Counted from the stretch's first letter, positions 1-9,880 are shown. The stretch: 64,000 nt of DNA from Candidatus Poribacteria bacterium (GCA_965205015.1 OZ242029.1:4000001-4064000), one strand, 5' to 3'. Made by a program: numbers and translations. The notes: a model not told the origin generated them from the letters alone.

Positions 1-2
1 GC

Positions 3-209
3 ACCTACGCACTCCTGCTTGCGAATCCCGAAAATACCGCTGCTGAACGGGGGATAGCGTTTCTGCTCAAACACCAGCGGGAAGACGGTTCATGGCTCGA
101 AAAATGCGTCGGCATCTATTGGGAGATCATCGGTGGCTACGCCGATCCGATTTACGCCTCCGTTTTCCCGATACTTGCCCTCAACCAGATGGCAATCAGC
201 AGTCAGTAG
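3..209 (+). CDS. C-terminal fragment of a squalene-hopene cyclase/prenyltransferase-like protein (5' end outside window)
   Basis: Manual translation of frame 3 gives ...AAERGIAFLLKHQREDGSWLEKCVGIYW...YASVFPILALNQ...*; QW motif (QxxDGSW) plus the terminal Y..FP..AL pattern of terpene cyclases. Confidence 0.7.
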   Translation, partial: TYALLLANPENTAAERGIAFLLKHQREDGSWLEKCVGIYWEIIGGYADPIYASVFPILALNQMAISSQ

Positions 210-310
210 TCAGCCATCAGTCTTTGGATAGAAGATGGAAAGTGTTGGGATGGAAGACTGGGAGGTTCGGGTCCCCATCCTTCCCTTCTTCCAGCCTTCC
301 AGTCTTTTCT
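190..310. repeat. Composite intergenic repeat: heptamer run (CAGCAGT/CAGTAGT/CAGCCAT) followed by an imperfect GGAAGACT/TTCCAGCC octamer palindrome
   Basis: 287-306 TCTTCCAGCCTTCCAGTCTT is the exact reverse complement of 12074-12093; the heptamer run resembles 8172-8205 and supplies the stop codon of the upstream CDS. Confidence 0.7.
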
Positions 311-347
311 TGCCCTCTTCTACTCCAGCAACCGCTTAAGCTCAGAC

Positions 348-1052
348 ATGGCGAAATCTCGAAAAATATCGATTATTATCCCGATCCTGAACGAAGCAAA
401 GATTCTGGACCAAACATTGTCTCGGCTTCAGCCTGAATTGGGACACCATGAACTTATCATCGTAGATGGTGGGAGCAGTGATAGCTCCATCCGTATCGCG
501 GAGAAATATGGCGAGGTACGAACATCGGCGCGTGGGCGGGCAAAACAACTAAACGCCGGTGCAACGGCGGCGACAGGCGACATCCTGCTTTTCCTACATG
601 CAGATATCTGGCTTGAACCCGGAGCATTGGCGGCAGTAGAATCAGCACTGTCGTCAGGTTACATCGGTGGCGGATTCCGTCAGAAGATAGACTGTGAGTT
701 ATGTGATTATGGCAGGCGTATTCTTTATCGTGTGATTGAAATCGCAGGGGACATCCGCGGCACATATCTGAAGGTATTTTATGGGGATAGTGGCATTTTT
801 TTAGCACGTGCCGACTTCGAGAAAATCGGTGGTTTTCCAGAGGTCCCGATTCTGGAAGAGATGGAATTTTCAAAAGGGTTACGGAAACTTGGCAAAACAA
901 CCCTCGTTACCCCTTGTATCCATATCTCCGCGCGACGCTGGGAAACAAGAGGTATCGTCCGAACGACGTTAATCAATTGGCTTATTACCTTACTATATTT
1001 CCTCGGAATCTCTCCAAAGAAACTCGCGAGGTTCTATAGTCACATCCGGTAA
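348..1052 (+). CDS. Family 2 glycosyltransferase, TIGR04283-like
   Basis: ISIIIPILNE, VDGGSSD, GRAKQLNAGA, LLFLHAD, YGDxG, FPEVPILEE and SARRW motifs. Confidence 0.85.
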   Translation: MAKSRKISIIIPILNEAKILDQTLSRLQPELGHHELIIVDGGSSDSSIRIAEKYGEVRTSARGRAKQLNAGATAATGDILLFLHADIWLEPGALAAVESALSSGYIGGGFRQKIDCELCDYGRRILYRVIEIAGDIRGTYLKVFYGDSGIFLARADFEKIGGFPEVPILEEMEFSKGLRKLGKTTLVTPCIHISARRWETRGIVRTTLINWLITLLYFLGISPKKLARFYSHIR

Positions 1053-1083
1053 CAGTAACCGGACGTTAGGGAGTGCTGGCATT

Positions 1084-2064
1084 CTATTTGCGCTTTAGTT
1101 CGCCCCACACCGTTGTCAACGTGAGGGGTGTAGGTTCAACGGGCAATCTTGGATTATTAATCCAATCGGCGAAATAGTTCTCTCCGCTATGGGTGAGTTG
1201 TTGAGGTTTCCTGCGTTTCAAATCAACCTTAAAGAGTTGTTTGTGATGCCCAATACTCCTTTCATAGAGAATCTCACTACCATTTGGAGACCAAGTTGGG
1301 TGGCTAATAACAGGCTCTTTAACAACGTGCTTCACCCACATTCCATCTCTGTCCAAGATGTAGAGTGTTGTTTTATCGGTCACTATCAGGGCACCGACGT
1401 GATTCTTAGGGCGCTTGACACCCGCAAAAGCGATTTTATTGTCGGTGGGTGACCATGCCGGATGCCACATAAAGAATCCCCTTCTTGGAAGAAGGGTCGT
1501 TATGACATCGGTATTCAGATTAATAGTGCGAATGCTACCGCTGCTTAACCACCCGTAGGCTATTTCTGTCCCATCGGGGGACCAGGTAGGATGCCCGTAA
1601 TGTCCGTCTATCTGTGTCAAATGTTTCTCGGAACCTCCAGTTATTGCTGCGATTTTTATGGATTTCTCTTCAGGGACGGCGTAAGCAATTCGTTTTCCAT
1701 CCGGTGACCACGTAGGTTGTTCTCTACGGGCATTTTCGCGGAAAACACGTTGGACGTTTTTGCCATCTGGATTCATTAGGTAGAGATCGTAGAAACCATC
1801 GCGGTTAGAAACAAACAGTATTTGTTCTCCATCCGGTGACCAGGTGGGATTGAAATCCTTATCGGCGTGTTGCGTTAAATTGATTTGTCCACTGCCATCG
1901 GGATTCATGACGTAGATTTCGGGGTTGCCGTCGCGGGTTGATGTAAAGACAATTTCGCCCGTCCCGGCAGCTTTTGCCGAAATTGGGTAAAGATTCTGAC
2001 ATAATAGCATGAAGACGATAGCGAAAAAGAGTTTTAAGAAGTATCCCATCAGCAGTTCCTCCAA
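1084..2064 (-). CDS. Secreted TolB-like PD40 beta-propeller protein with C-terminal VEP..LTTVWGELK motif
   Basis: Signal peptide; repeated PTWSPDG blades; FTSTRDGNPEIY. Confidence 0.85.
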   Translation of the reverse strand: MEELLMGYFLKLFFAIVFMLLCQNLYPISAKAAGTGEIVFTSTRDGNPEIYVMNPDGSGQINLTQHADKDFNPTWSPDGEQILFVSNRDGFYDLYLMNPDGKNVQRVFRENARREQPTWSPDGKRIAYAVPEEKSIKIAAITGGSEKHLTQIDGHYGHPTWSPDGTEIAYGWLSSGSIRTINLNTDVITTLLPRRGFFMWHPAWSPTDNKIAFAGVKRPKNHVGALIVTDKTTLYILDRDGMWVKHVVKEPVISHPTWSPNGSEILYERSIGHHKQLFKVDLKRRKPQQLTHSGENYFADWINNPRLPVEPTPLTLTTVWGELKRK

Positions 2065-2108
2065 GGCATTAAAAAAAATGAAGCACGGTTATCCGATATC
2101 CTTAATTT

Positions 2109-5100
2109 CTATTCTTCTGAAGTTTCCGTTTCCATTTGGGTGCTCCCATTGTTCTGCCAATTGTCCGCTTTCTCCTTGAGTTTCTCGAGGTCCTCAGGGT
2201 TTTTGATGTCTACAATGTGTGGCGTAATGATGATAACAATCTCAGCGTCTTCAACAGCGTTCTCAGTGTTTTTGAAGAGTCTGCCGATGAGTGGGATGTC
2301 TCCCAAAATCGGAAGTTTGTTCTCCACCTGCTTCTGTTTCTTACGGATGATGCCACCGACGACAATCTGCTGCCCGTCCTCGACATCAATGTAGACACTG
2401 ATAGCGTTGTCATCGGTGATGGGTGCGTTGAAATCAGTAAACTCAATAAAGTTGCTGGCACTGATATTCTCAATATCCAATCCGATAGTCCGCTTGCCAT
2501 CCTCGCCTACTTGTGACTTAGCGATATAAGGCGTGAGCGAGATATTGATACCTACAGGCGGATCAATGAAATCATAGTTGAAAAGCGGTTGTGAGACGGT
2601 CTCCCCAAGGATACTCGTCGTATCAACGCTTTGGAGATACGGTATACGGCGACCGCTACTCCATGTGGCGTTCCAACTATCACGCGTCAAAAGTGATGGC
2701 GTTGAAAGGGTTTGCACCTTGTTCTCACGCATCAGCGTGTGGAGGAGTGCCATATACTCCTTGGTTGCCAAACCGAGGTTAAACCCTGAGATTTCCTGTT
2801 CAAGACCGAATTGTGTGTCGAGTTCCCCAATCAGTGGATTTCCGGGTCTCGGAGAGACACCAAAGATTTTGTTCTCTTTCGCAGTAAGTTCAATGCCGAG
2901 TTTCGTCGTTTCATCGAGTGTCACTTCGAGAATCTGGATATCGATCCAGACCTGACCTCGGACGAAGTCTAACTTCTGAATGAGTGCTTTGACCTGCGCG
3001 AAGTATCGTTGCTGCGTCGTGATAATCAGGGAATTCGTATCGGCATCCGCAAAGACGGTGACTTTTCCACGTAAGGAATTGATGTCTTGCTGTTCCTGTC
3101 TACCCCCGGAAGCAAAGAAACGGCTGAAACTAAAACCCCCGCTACCTTCCTCTCCCTCCCAGACCTGTTGAAGGACTTCTTGGAGATGATCTGCGCTCCC
3201 ATATTCAAGGCGAATGGCTTCCGTAATCTCCTTTTGCCCTGCCGGTGTCGGAACGTCCATGGAATTAATAAACTCCGTGATGAGATCAAAGTTGCGTTGT
3301 GTAGCGGTTGAGACGATGACAGCGTTGAGTGTCGGATATGGCTCGGCAGTGACGTTGCCAGCGAGTGAACCTTGGGTCTGATTGCGGTTCCGTTCCGCGA
3401 GGAAAAAGAAAAAGTTTCCCGTATTTTGTGAGCTACCTTGATAGACGTTATTGATGACAGCGGCGACGTTCTCTGCGTCGGCATATTCGAGTTTATACAT
3501 GCGAGTGCCCCACTCTTGGTCGGGCATATTGACATCGAGTCTTTTGATGAGCGCATCAATGGTTTCAAAGTTCTGTGCACTCGTCGATATAAGGATGGCA
3601 TTGAGCCGTAAATCGGCGACGAGGTGTACCTCGCCTTGGACGCCGAAACCAGTAGTGCTTTCAGTCGGTTCCCGGTCCCTGCGTCGCCACCACGGGAGGC
3701 CTCTGTCTGCGCCGGCACTTCCCCCTTCAAAGAGGTCTTGCAGACTCGGGACAAGGGTTTCCGCATCCGCGAACTTCAGAAAATAGAGTCTAATTTCTTC
3801 TTGCGTTTGTTCTTGGTCAAGTTCATTGATGACCTTCTCGATAATAGAGAAGTTGCGAGGGTCCGATGAAACGACAACGACATTGATTCGGTCGTTATGG
3901 GAAACATTGACAGTGCCGACAATGCCTTGTGCTGTATCGATACCCTGCTCGCGTTGATAGGTTCTCAATTTCGCACGATCCCAAGCGTTCATTCTGCGGC
4001 GATTATCCGGAACATCACCGGTAAGTACTTCTTGTAGGGTTTGGGCGACATCTGCAGCGGTTGCGTATTTCAGTCGGAAAGTGCGTATCTCGGTTGTGAC
4101 GTTCGGAGCAATGTCGAGTTCTTTGATAATTTCTTGGAGGAAAACAAGGTTCGCCTCGGACGCTTTGAGCACGAGTGAATTTGAGTTGACATCGGCGATA
4201 ATCTTGATTCTGCCTTGAAGCACTTCATAGCCGGTGCCATCGGCTTTCATTTCCGCTGCTGCGGCTTTTGCTTGTTCCGCATCGCCCCCGAGTCGACCGC
4301 GTTGTCCTTTGCCCTCTTCGTTTTCGCCCTCCTCTTGAAAAACGTTTGTGAGCGTTTGTGCCAACGGTTCCGCTTCAGCGTAAGTGAGCGGCACAATGAG
4401 AATCTTTAAAGGGAAGCGTTCGCCTTCATCTGCAATCTGGAGAATGGAAACAATACGGTGTATATTAGAAGCGACATCAGTAATGACGAGTGCGTTCGTA
4501 GCGGAATCTGCGAAAATATTTGCTTGTTTATTGAGAAGCGGCTTGAGTCGATCTACCTGCTCGGATGCGACAACGGTATCTAATTGGATGATGTAGGTTT
4601 GGATCTCGTCGGTCATGTCAACCCGTTCGGGGTTTGGTGGGATGCTTTTAACAATGCCTTTCGTTGCTATCGCGCGTGCGAAGGTTGTGACCAAGAGGGT
4701 GCTATCGGTTTGAATAAGCGTAAGATCATATTGCGTGAGGACGGTTTTGATTTTTTCAATGACTTCTTCAATCGTTACATTGTTGAGGTTAATCAGTGAG
4801 AATTTTTTATCCTTAATGTCTTCTTCACTCGCGATGATAGTGAGGTCGGCCTCTCGCGACAGCCATTCAAAGAGGCCTTTGAGTTCTTGGCTTGTAAAGT
4901 TAAAGTCGAACCGGATTGCGCGCCCTTGTTCGTCAGTTTCGGCGACACGCATTGTTGGTTGCTGTTCTTGCGCGTAAAGTTCAGCACACCCAACAATCAG
5001 CAATCCCAAACAAAATAGTGAAATAAGCGAAAACCGACCAGGATTATTGTGATTTATGTGATTTACCATGATGAAGAAACCTCTTATGACTGACAACTGA

Positions 5101-5120
5101 TGATTATACTGATGACTCAT
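2109..5120 (-). CDS. gspD: Type II secretion secretin GspD with extended N-domain array (alternative start 5069)
   Basis: N0 domain, six NolW-like repeats (e.g. LKYATAADVA, LKFADAE, LEYADAE), C-terminal secretin motif VVGGII...LPILGDIPLIGRLFK...IIITPHIV. Confidence 0.92.
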   Translation of the reverse strand: MSHQYNHQLSVIRGFFIMVNHINHNNPGRFSLISLFCLGLLIVGCAELYAQEQQPTMRVAETDEQGRAIRFDFNFTSQELKGLFEWLSREADLTIIASEEDIKDKKFSLINLNNVTIEEVIEKIKTVLTQYDLTLIQTDSTLLVTTFARAIATKGIVKSIPPNPERVDMTDEIQTYIIQLDTVVASEQVDRLKPLLNKQANIFADSATNALVITDVASNIHRIVSILQIADEGERFPLKILIVPLTYAEAEPLAQTLTNVFQEEGENEEGKGQRGRLGGDAEQAKAAAAEMKADGTGYEVLQGRIKIIADVNSNSLVLKASEANLVFLQEIIKELDIAPNVTTEIRTFRLKYATAADVAQTLQEVLTGDVPDNRRRMNAWDRAKLRTYQREQGIDTAQGIVGTVNVSHNDRINVVVVSSDPRNFSIIEKVINELDQEQTQEEIRLYFLKFADAETLVPSLQDLFEGGSAGADRGLPWWRRRDREPTESTTGFGVQGEVHLVADLRLNAILISTSAQNFETIDALIKRLDVNMPDQEWGTRMYKLEYADAENVAAVINNVYQGSSQNTGNFFFFLAERNRNQTQGSLAGNVTAEPYPTLNAVIVSTATQRNFDLITEFINSMDVPTPAGQKEITEAIRLEYGSADHLQEVLQQVWEGEEGSGGFSFSRFFASGGRQEQQDINSLRGKVTVFADADTNSLIITTQQRYFAQVKALIQKLDFVRGQVWIDIQILEVTLDETTKLGIELTAKENKIFGVSPRPGNPLIGELDTQFGLEQEISGFNLGLATKEYMALLHTLMRENKVQTLSTPSLLTRDSWNATWSSGRRIPYLQSVDTTSILGETVSQPLFNYDFIDPPVGINISLTPYIAKSQVGEDGKRTIGLDIENISASNFIEFTDFNAPITDDNAISVYIDVEDGQQIVVGGIIRKKQKQVENKLPILGDIPLIGRLFKNTENAVEDAEIVIIITPHIVDIKNPEDLEKLKEKADNWQNNGSTQMETETSEE

Positions 5121-6424
5121 TAAAATATTCGAGCGATGAGAAGCATGTCCACATTCAAATTTGTCCCATCTTCAGAATTGCGACCCCGTGCACCTGGACG
5201 CGCGCTTGTTTGCTTGTCGGCGGAGATCCGCAAATCTCGCACCGTGAGCCATTTGGCGCCAGTTTCGATGAGATGGTTCAAGTTAACAAGTTTCTCAAGA
5301 TTCGTTTTGAATTTCATTTCAACTGTGTAGTGTTCTATTTGATATGTCAGTGGTGCCAGCGCGAGGTGCCCTAAAAGTGTTGCGCGCTGTTCCTGAATCT
5401 CCTCAATGTATTTAGCAAGCGCATGTTGGCGTTCCCCTATATCTACGGGATCTTCTGATTGCGCGAGAATATCCAAAAAGACACTATTCCGCTGCAATTG
5501 GATGTCAACGGTAGCCGGCTTTGCACCGATACCGAAAATACCTGGCGTAGCGGCGGTTTTGACGCTGTGGAGTTGTGTCTCAAAGAAATCCTGCCTCGAA
5601 TCCGTCGCCCCTCGAAGCTGCTGTATTATCATGTTTTTGATAAATGCTGCAAGTTCGACTCGGACAGGGACGGGGATTGCCTCTGGCAGTGAAGAAAATC
5701 TCCACTGCGCCGCGGCATCCATTGAATGAGGCGGCTTTGCCTTATCCGTGCGTTCTGTTTCCTGTGTTGTTGATTCTGTTTCAGACATTTTACCGTCTAT
5801 TTCGCTGGGGGCAGGCACAGGCTCCGCCCCGACTTTATCTGTTTCGGATTCCGTTCCCGATAACCACGCATCCATTAGTATGTTGAAGGTATCCTCTTCT
5901 GCTTGCTGCTCCGCTACCTCAGCCAGCTCCATTTCTTCCGTCTCTATATGTTTAAGATAGAGATAGAGAACAAGGTTGCCTCGGTTCTGTACTGTCAGTT
6001 TCTGTGTTTGTTTAGCGGTTCCGGGTTTCGTGAGGAGCTGATAATTCTGTTGAATACCGGCGCGTCTCACGAGTCCATCAATTCGAGATCTAATAACGGT
6101 TTCGGGCAGCTCAGTATCAAAAATTGTAGGGGCGGGTTTTGTGCCTGCCCGTGCACGTTGCGAGTTCGTAGAGACTTGCGGATTCTCAGTGAGTGCCAAG
6201 CCAGTCTCTTTGTACATCTCGGCTTCAATGGGCTTAAGTATTTCTGCGGCATGTACCAAATTTTGGGTCTGCAACAACTGTTCTCGTTTCGCTTTTGTGT
6301 CTTGATTCACAAACAAACGATAAAAGACGGGACCTACCTGCATGGCGAGCAAAATTAAAAGCAGTCCACCCAAGATACCAAGTAAGATTCGGCTTCGCGG
6401 TGTTAATTGGAGATCCAGTTCCAT
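5120..6424 (-). CDS. Bitopic inner-membrane platform protein, GspM/PilO-like, with large insertion
   Basis: N-terminal LTPRSRILL plus TM helix; C-terminal ferredoxin-like pattern (VEMKF...LTVRDLRI); position between the PilM-like gene and the secretin. Confidence 0.55.
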   Translation of the reverse strand: MELDLQLTPRSRILLGILGGLLLILLAMQVGPVFYRLFVNQDTKAKREQLLQTQNLVHAAEILKPIEAEMYKETGLALTENPQVSTNSQRARAGTKPAPTIFDTELPETVIRSRIDGLVRRAGIQQNYQLLTKPGTAKQTQKLTVQNRGNLVLYLYLKHIETEEMELAEVAEQQAEEDTFNILMDAWLSGTESETDKVGAEPVPAPSEIDGKMSETESTTQETERTDKAKPPHSMDAAAQWRFSSLPEAIPVPVRVELAAFIKNMIIQQLRGATDSRQDFFETQLHSVKTAATPGIFGIGAKPATVDIQLQRNSVFLDILAQSEDPVDIGERQHALAKYIEEIQEQRATLLGHLALAPLTYQIEHYTVEMKFKTNLEKLVNLNHLIETGAKWLTVRDLRISADKQTSARPGARGRNSEDGTNLNVDMLLIARIF

Positions 6425-6431
6425 TTTTTAA

Positions 6432-8165
6432 TTATTCCTTATAAGGTTCCATATTTTCTGCTTCATCAATTGGCGGTGCGGGCAATGGAAAGCGTTTTTT
6501 GGCGAATGCCTTCACAGCGGATGCCGTTAGATTACACCTGACCTGTACTTGGAAAATCTGTTTTCTATCTTGAGAAATCGTTGTCACCTCACCCGGACGG
6601 ACATTGGTAAACACGCCAGAACGATCAAGGGCGCGTAAGAGCGTATTGATGGCGTTATGAGAGGCACTTTCCAAATTGAACGTAATACGCGCTGTTGTTG
6701 GTTCATGAAGGTTCGTAATATTAAAATTAGTCCATGCCACCTGTGTCCTATCGCCAAACATGTCACTAAGGGCATGCAAAATATCAAGCGGCGAGGTATG
6801 ATGCGCTAACATATCGGTGAGTGCTAACTCTTTCCCAAGTTGTACTTTCGCTGCAGACATGGGGTGTGCGTAATACGCGAGTTGCGCTTCTACGGCTTCG
6901 TTTCTATAGTGTTGCGAGCGTTGAAGCATGTAGCCCCCAAAAAGAATCCCACCGATCATCAAAACGCCTAACCCAGCGGCAGCAAAAAGTTGACGCTGCC
7001 GTGTGGTTTGCGTAAGGGTCTCAACCGCTTCCTTTGGCAACAGAGATATCGAGGTTGTTGACTTCAACGCATTGAGACCTACACCTAAAGGGACAGCAAA
7101 GGTATCGCCCCACGCATCAAGTGTCGCTTCTACTTCAGGAGACGAAGGGCGGATGTCAATACCAGCGTGTTGCTGAACGGCATGAATCGGATGCCACAGT
7201 TGTGTTGAAATGTCGAGTTCTGTTTCACAAGTGGATGCGAGGTCGGGGACACGCGCACCGCCACCACATAACCAGAGTTCAGTTTCTGTCTCTGACAGGA
7301 CGATATCCTGATAACCGTCGGTATTTACTTCCGCGGTGGCAGCAGTGATAGAACGTCGGAGTTCACCGATAAATTGAGTCGTCCAAGTATATGTAGGCAT
7401 TTCGCCTGCTGCGATATGCCGCTTTTCCTCCGCTGCCGTTTCAATATCTATATTCAAGGTACGACACAGATGTTCAGAGAGATGGTTACCGCCGAGACGG
7501 AAACTCCGTGAAAACCTGAGTTTCCCATCCTGCATGAAACAGAAGTCTGTGTGTTCGGCACCGATGTCAACAATAAACGTAGGTTTTGTGCATCCGCTGC
7601 CTGCTGCGGCCTCCGCTATGGCTATCATTGAGGGTGTAACTGCCGAGACGGAAACGCCGATCTGCTCGAGGAGATCCAAGTAGTTTGAAACTGACGTTCG
7701 CCGTGTGGATATCAATTCTACAGAAGAGGTCTCAGATGTCTGTTGTACATCGTGATACGTAAAGATAGCTTCCTCAACTCGAAAAGGGAGTTCGGCTTCC
7801 GCAGCGATTGCGACGATACTTGCGAGTTGTTCATCCGTTGCAGCCGGTAAATTGGATAAGCGTTTGGTATTCACTAAGGATCGGGGAAGGGCGAGAGCGA
7901 CTTCGGTCTTATTTCGGTTGAACATTGTCCTGAAAGCCTCTATAGGAGACCTGCGCCAGCGGATACCACCCTCCACCGGTAGATGCCCTGAAGCGTCCCA
8001 GAGATGTTTCAGCGATTCAGATACCTGCAGCCGGTCATCCTTGTCTGGATACGTCACGACGCTGGCATCGGTAAGATGCACCGTTGTAGAAAAAGACTGT
8101 TCAAGTTGAACGATTTTCGCTGTGTTTGTGCCGAGGTCTATCGCTACGACTCGATGTGTTGCCAT
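6432..8165 (-). CDS. pilM: PilM (actin-like) / PilN fusion, functional equivalent of GspL
   Basis: AIDLG...KIVQL, VDIGAEHT, LGGNHLS and LCGGGAR actin-fold motifs, then ISLLP (INLLP-like), a TM helix and a PilN-like periplasmic domain; ATG at 8165 preferred over 8186. Confidence 0.8.
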   Translation of the reverse strand: MATHRVVAIDLGTNTAKIVQLEQSFSTTVHLTDASVVTYPDKDDRLQVSESLKHLWDASGHLPVEGGIRWRRSPIEAFRTMFNRNKTEVALALPRSLVNTKRLSNLPAATDEQLASIVAIAAEAELPFRVEEAIFTYHDVQQTSETSSVELISTRRTSVSNYLDLLEQIGVSVSAVTPSMIAIAEAAAGSGCTKPTFIVDIGAEHTDFCFMQDGKLRFSRSFRLGGNHLSEHLCRTLNIDIETAAEEKRHIAAGEMPTYTWTTQFIGELRRSITAATAEVNTDGYQDIVLSETETELWLCGGGARVPDLASTCETELDISTQLWHPIHAVQQHAGIDIRPSSPEVEATLDAWGDTFAVPLGVGLNALKSTTSISLLPKEAVETLTQTTRQRQLFAAAGLGVLMIGGILFGGYMLQRSQHYRNEAVEAQLAYYAHPMSAAKVQLGKELALTDMLAHHTSPLDILHALSDMFGDRTQVAWTNFNITNLHEPTTARITFNLESASHNAINTLLRALDRSGVFTNVRPGEVTTISQDRKQIFQVQVRCNLTASAVKAFAKKRFPLPAPPIDEAENMEPYKE

Positions 8166-8171
8166 TCTTTT

Positions 8172-8305
8172 ATCAGCAGTCAGCAATCAGCGGTCGGCAA
8201 TCAGTAGGAAACATCTAAGCAAAACACTCTATTTTGTCAGAAACCTCTTTACTAAAGGTTTCCGATGGTCTCCGATGGTTCCGATAGCCATTCTTGCTGA
8301 AAGCC
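8172..8305. repeat. Intergenic heptamer/decamer repeat element (CAGCAGT-CAGCAAT... AGAAACCTCTTTACT ...TCCGATGG)
   Basis: Tandem 7-mers and (T)CCGATGGT units; homologous segments in inverted orientation at 8897-8995 and 10805-10864. Confidence 0.75.
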
Positions 8306-8311
8306 ACTCCT

Positions 8312-9871
8312 TCAGTCCTGTTGCCAATATTGTACAATTATTTGGTTGCCTGTCCGATCAATGATGCCGATACAGGTCGAAACAACCTTTCCAGCAACAT
8401 CAACACCCTTTGCTTCAATACGATACCCGTGCGAACGGTAGGTAATCCCATCAACAACTTCGCGAAACGTTCCAAAATCAATCCCCTCTACTTGGGACAC
8501 TTGTGAGATATTCGTGAATGGATTTCCTTTGATCTCATCTTCAGTAAGACCCTGTACCTGCGGGGCATCGGATACATCCTCTTCACGGCGTTCGACGATC
8601 GCTTGTGCCTTTTGTGGGTCCATCCCCGGTAGCAGGGCTAATATCTCAGGCGGTGCTGTGTTTATATTAATGAGTCCTTGGCGCGTCTCTCCATCTTTTA
8701 GGGTTATTTTATCAACAATGCTGATGAATTCCTGCTGCGTCAACATCTTTACCTCTTTGATTGCATCGATGTTCTGGAAAAGGCCTTGTCCCTCACGATG
8801 GCTGATAATGCGTTCGGCAATACCTTGGTCAATCCCGTCTAAGGACTCCAAAGTTTCGACATCGGCGGTATTGATATTAACTTTCCCACCCTCATCGCTG
8901 GCTGCCGGCTGTTGATTGCCGGTTTCCGTCAGTAAAGGGGTTTCTGATGAAGTTTCACCCTGTTCCTGATTGCTGGTCGCTGACTGCTGATTGCTATCTT
9001 CAGTCGTCAATTGGTCTCGGATATTGTTGAAAAGGTCATCGGAAACCGCTTGGACATCCAATAGTGCGGCAAATTTGTCAAAATCACGTTGCTGGATGAG
9101 CGATTCCGCCTCAGCTTGCGTGAACACAGGTTGATTTTGCTGTGCAGTAACTTTCGTCAACGCCTCTGCATCCGCTGTATTGACGTTGACGAGCGGTTCT
9201 CCACCCGGATCGGTGCTGGCGTCAACGGAATAAATGGTAGTTAAACCAACAAGTCCGGGAATAGCCGTCAGTTCCTGTTGCTGAAGATTATTCGTTTGCG
9301 AGAATGTTCCTGTGTTCGTGATACTTGATGATGACTGATCGCCGTAAAGAAGTTCGGAGGTCATGCCTTCAACCCGAGCGAGATCTCTAACGGTGCGATA
9401 CGGGCGTCCTTCCACAATTTCGTTAGCAAGAACTTCGGTGCTTGCATCATCTGGGGGAGCGCCTGCCTGTGCGAGCAAGTTGCTGACAAGTCCTACGTCG
9501 GCGGTGTTAATATTAACTTTAGATGCCTCATCTACAACTGTCACTTGATAGTTTAAGAAATTGCCAACCTGAATGCCATCCGCAACCTGCCCTTGGATCG
9601 GTTCAGCCCAAGTTTCGCCGAGTGAGTCAAAAGGGGTTTGGTCACCACGCATAACGGCGAGGGTCCACTCGAAGCCTGCTCTTGCAGCGTAGTGAAACTT
9701 CGATCTGTCCAAGAAATTCCGTTGGGTTCGCTGCTCTATGTGGATTGAATAGAGCAACTGCGCCGCAAGAATGGACAGAATCGTTAGTATCCAGAGCGTT
9801 GAGACGAGAGATAGACCGCTCTGTTCCTTGTAGAATGCGCAGGCGTTCGGTTTTGTGAACCGCATCATCAA
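8312..9871 (-). CDS. gspK: Minor pseudopilin GspK with four helix-hairpin-helix/SAM-like modules
   Basis: Class III leader QSG|LSLVSTLWIL (no E+5, typical of GspK), DEASKVNIN motif, four N(I/V)NTA repeats. Confidence 0.85.
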   Translation of the reverse strand: MMMRFTKPNACAFYKEQSGLSLVSTLWILTILSILAAQLLYSIHIEQRTQRNFLDRSKFHYAARAGFEWTLAVMRGDQTPFDSLGETWAEPIQGQVADGIQVGNFLNYQVTVVDEASKVNINTADVGLVSNLLAQAGAPPDDASTEVLANEIVEGRPYRTVRDLARVEGMTSELLYGDQSSSSITNTGTFSQTNNLQQQELTAIPGLVGLTTIYSVDASTDPGGEPLVNVNTADAEALTKVTAQQNQPVFTQAEAESLIQQRDFDKFAALLDVQAVSDDLFNNIRDQLTTEDSNQQSATSNQEQGETSSETPLLTETGNQQPAASDEGGKVNINTADVETLESLDGIDQGIAERIISHREGQGLFQNIDAIKEVKMLTQQEFISIVDKITLKDGETRQGLININTAPPEILALLPGMDPQKAQAIVERREEDVSDAPQVQGLTEDEIKGNPFTNISQVSQVEGIDFGTFREVVDGITYRSHGYRIEAKGVDVAGKVVSTCIGIIDRTGNQIIVQYWQQD

Positions 9872-9880
9872 TAAAATCTC

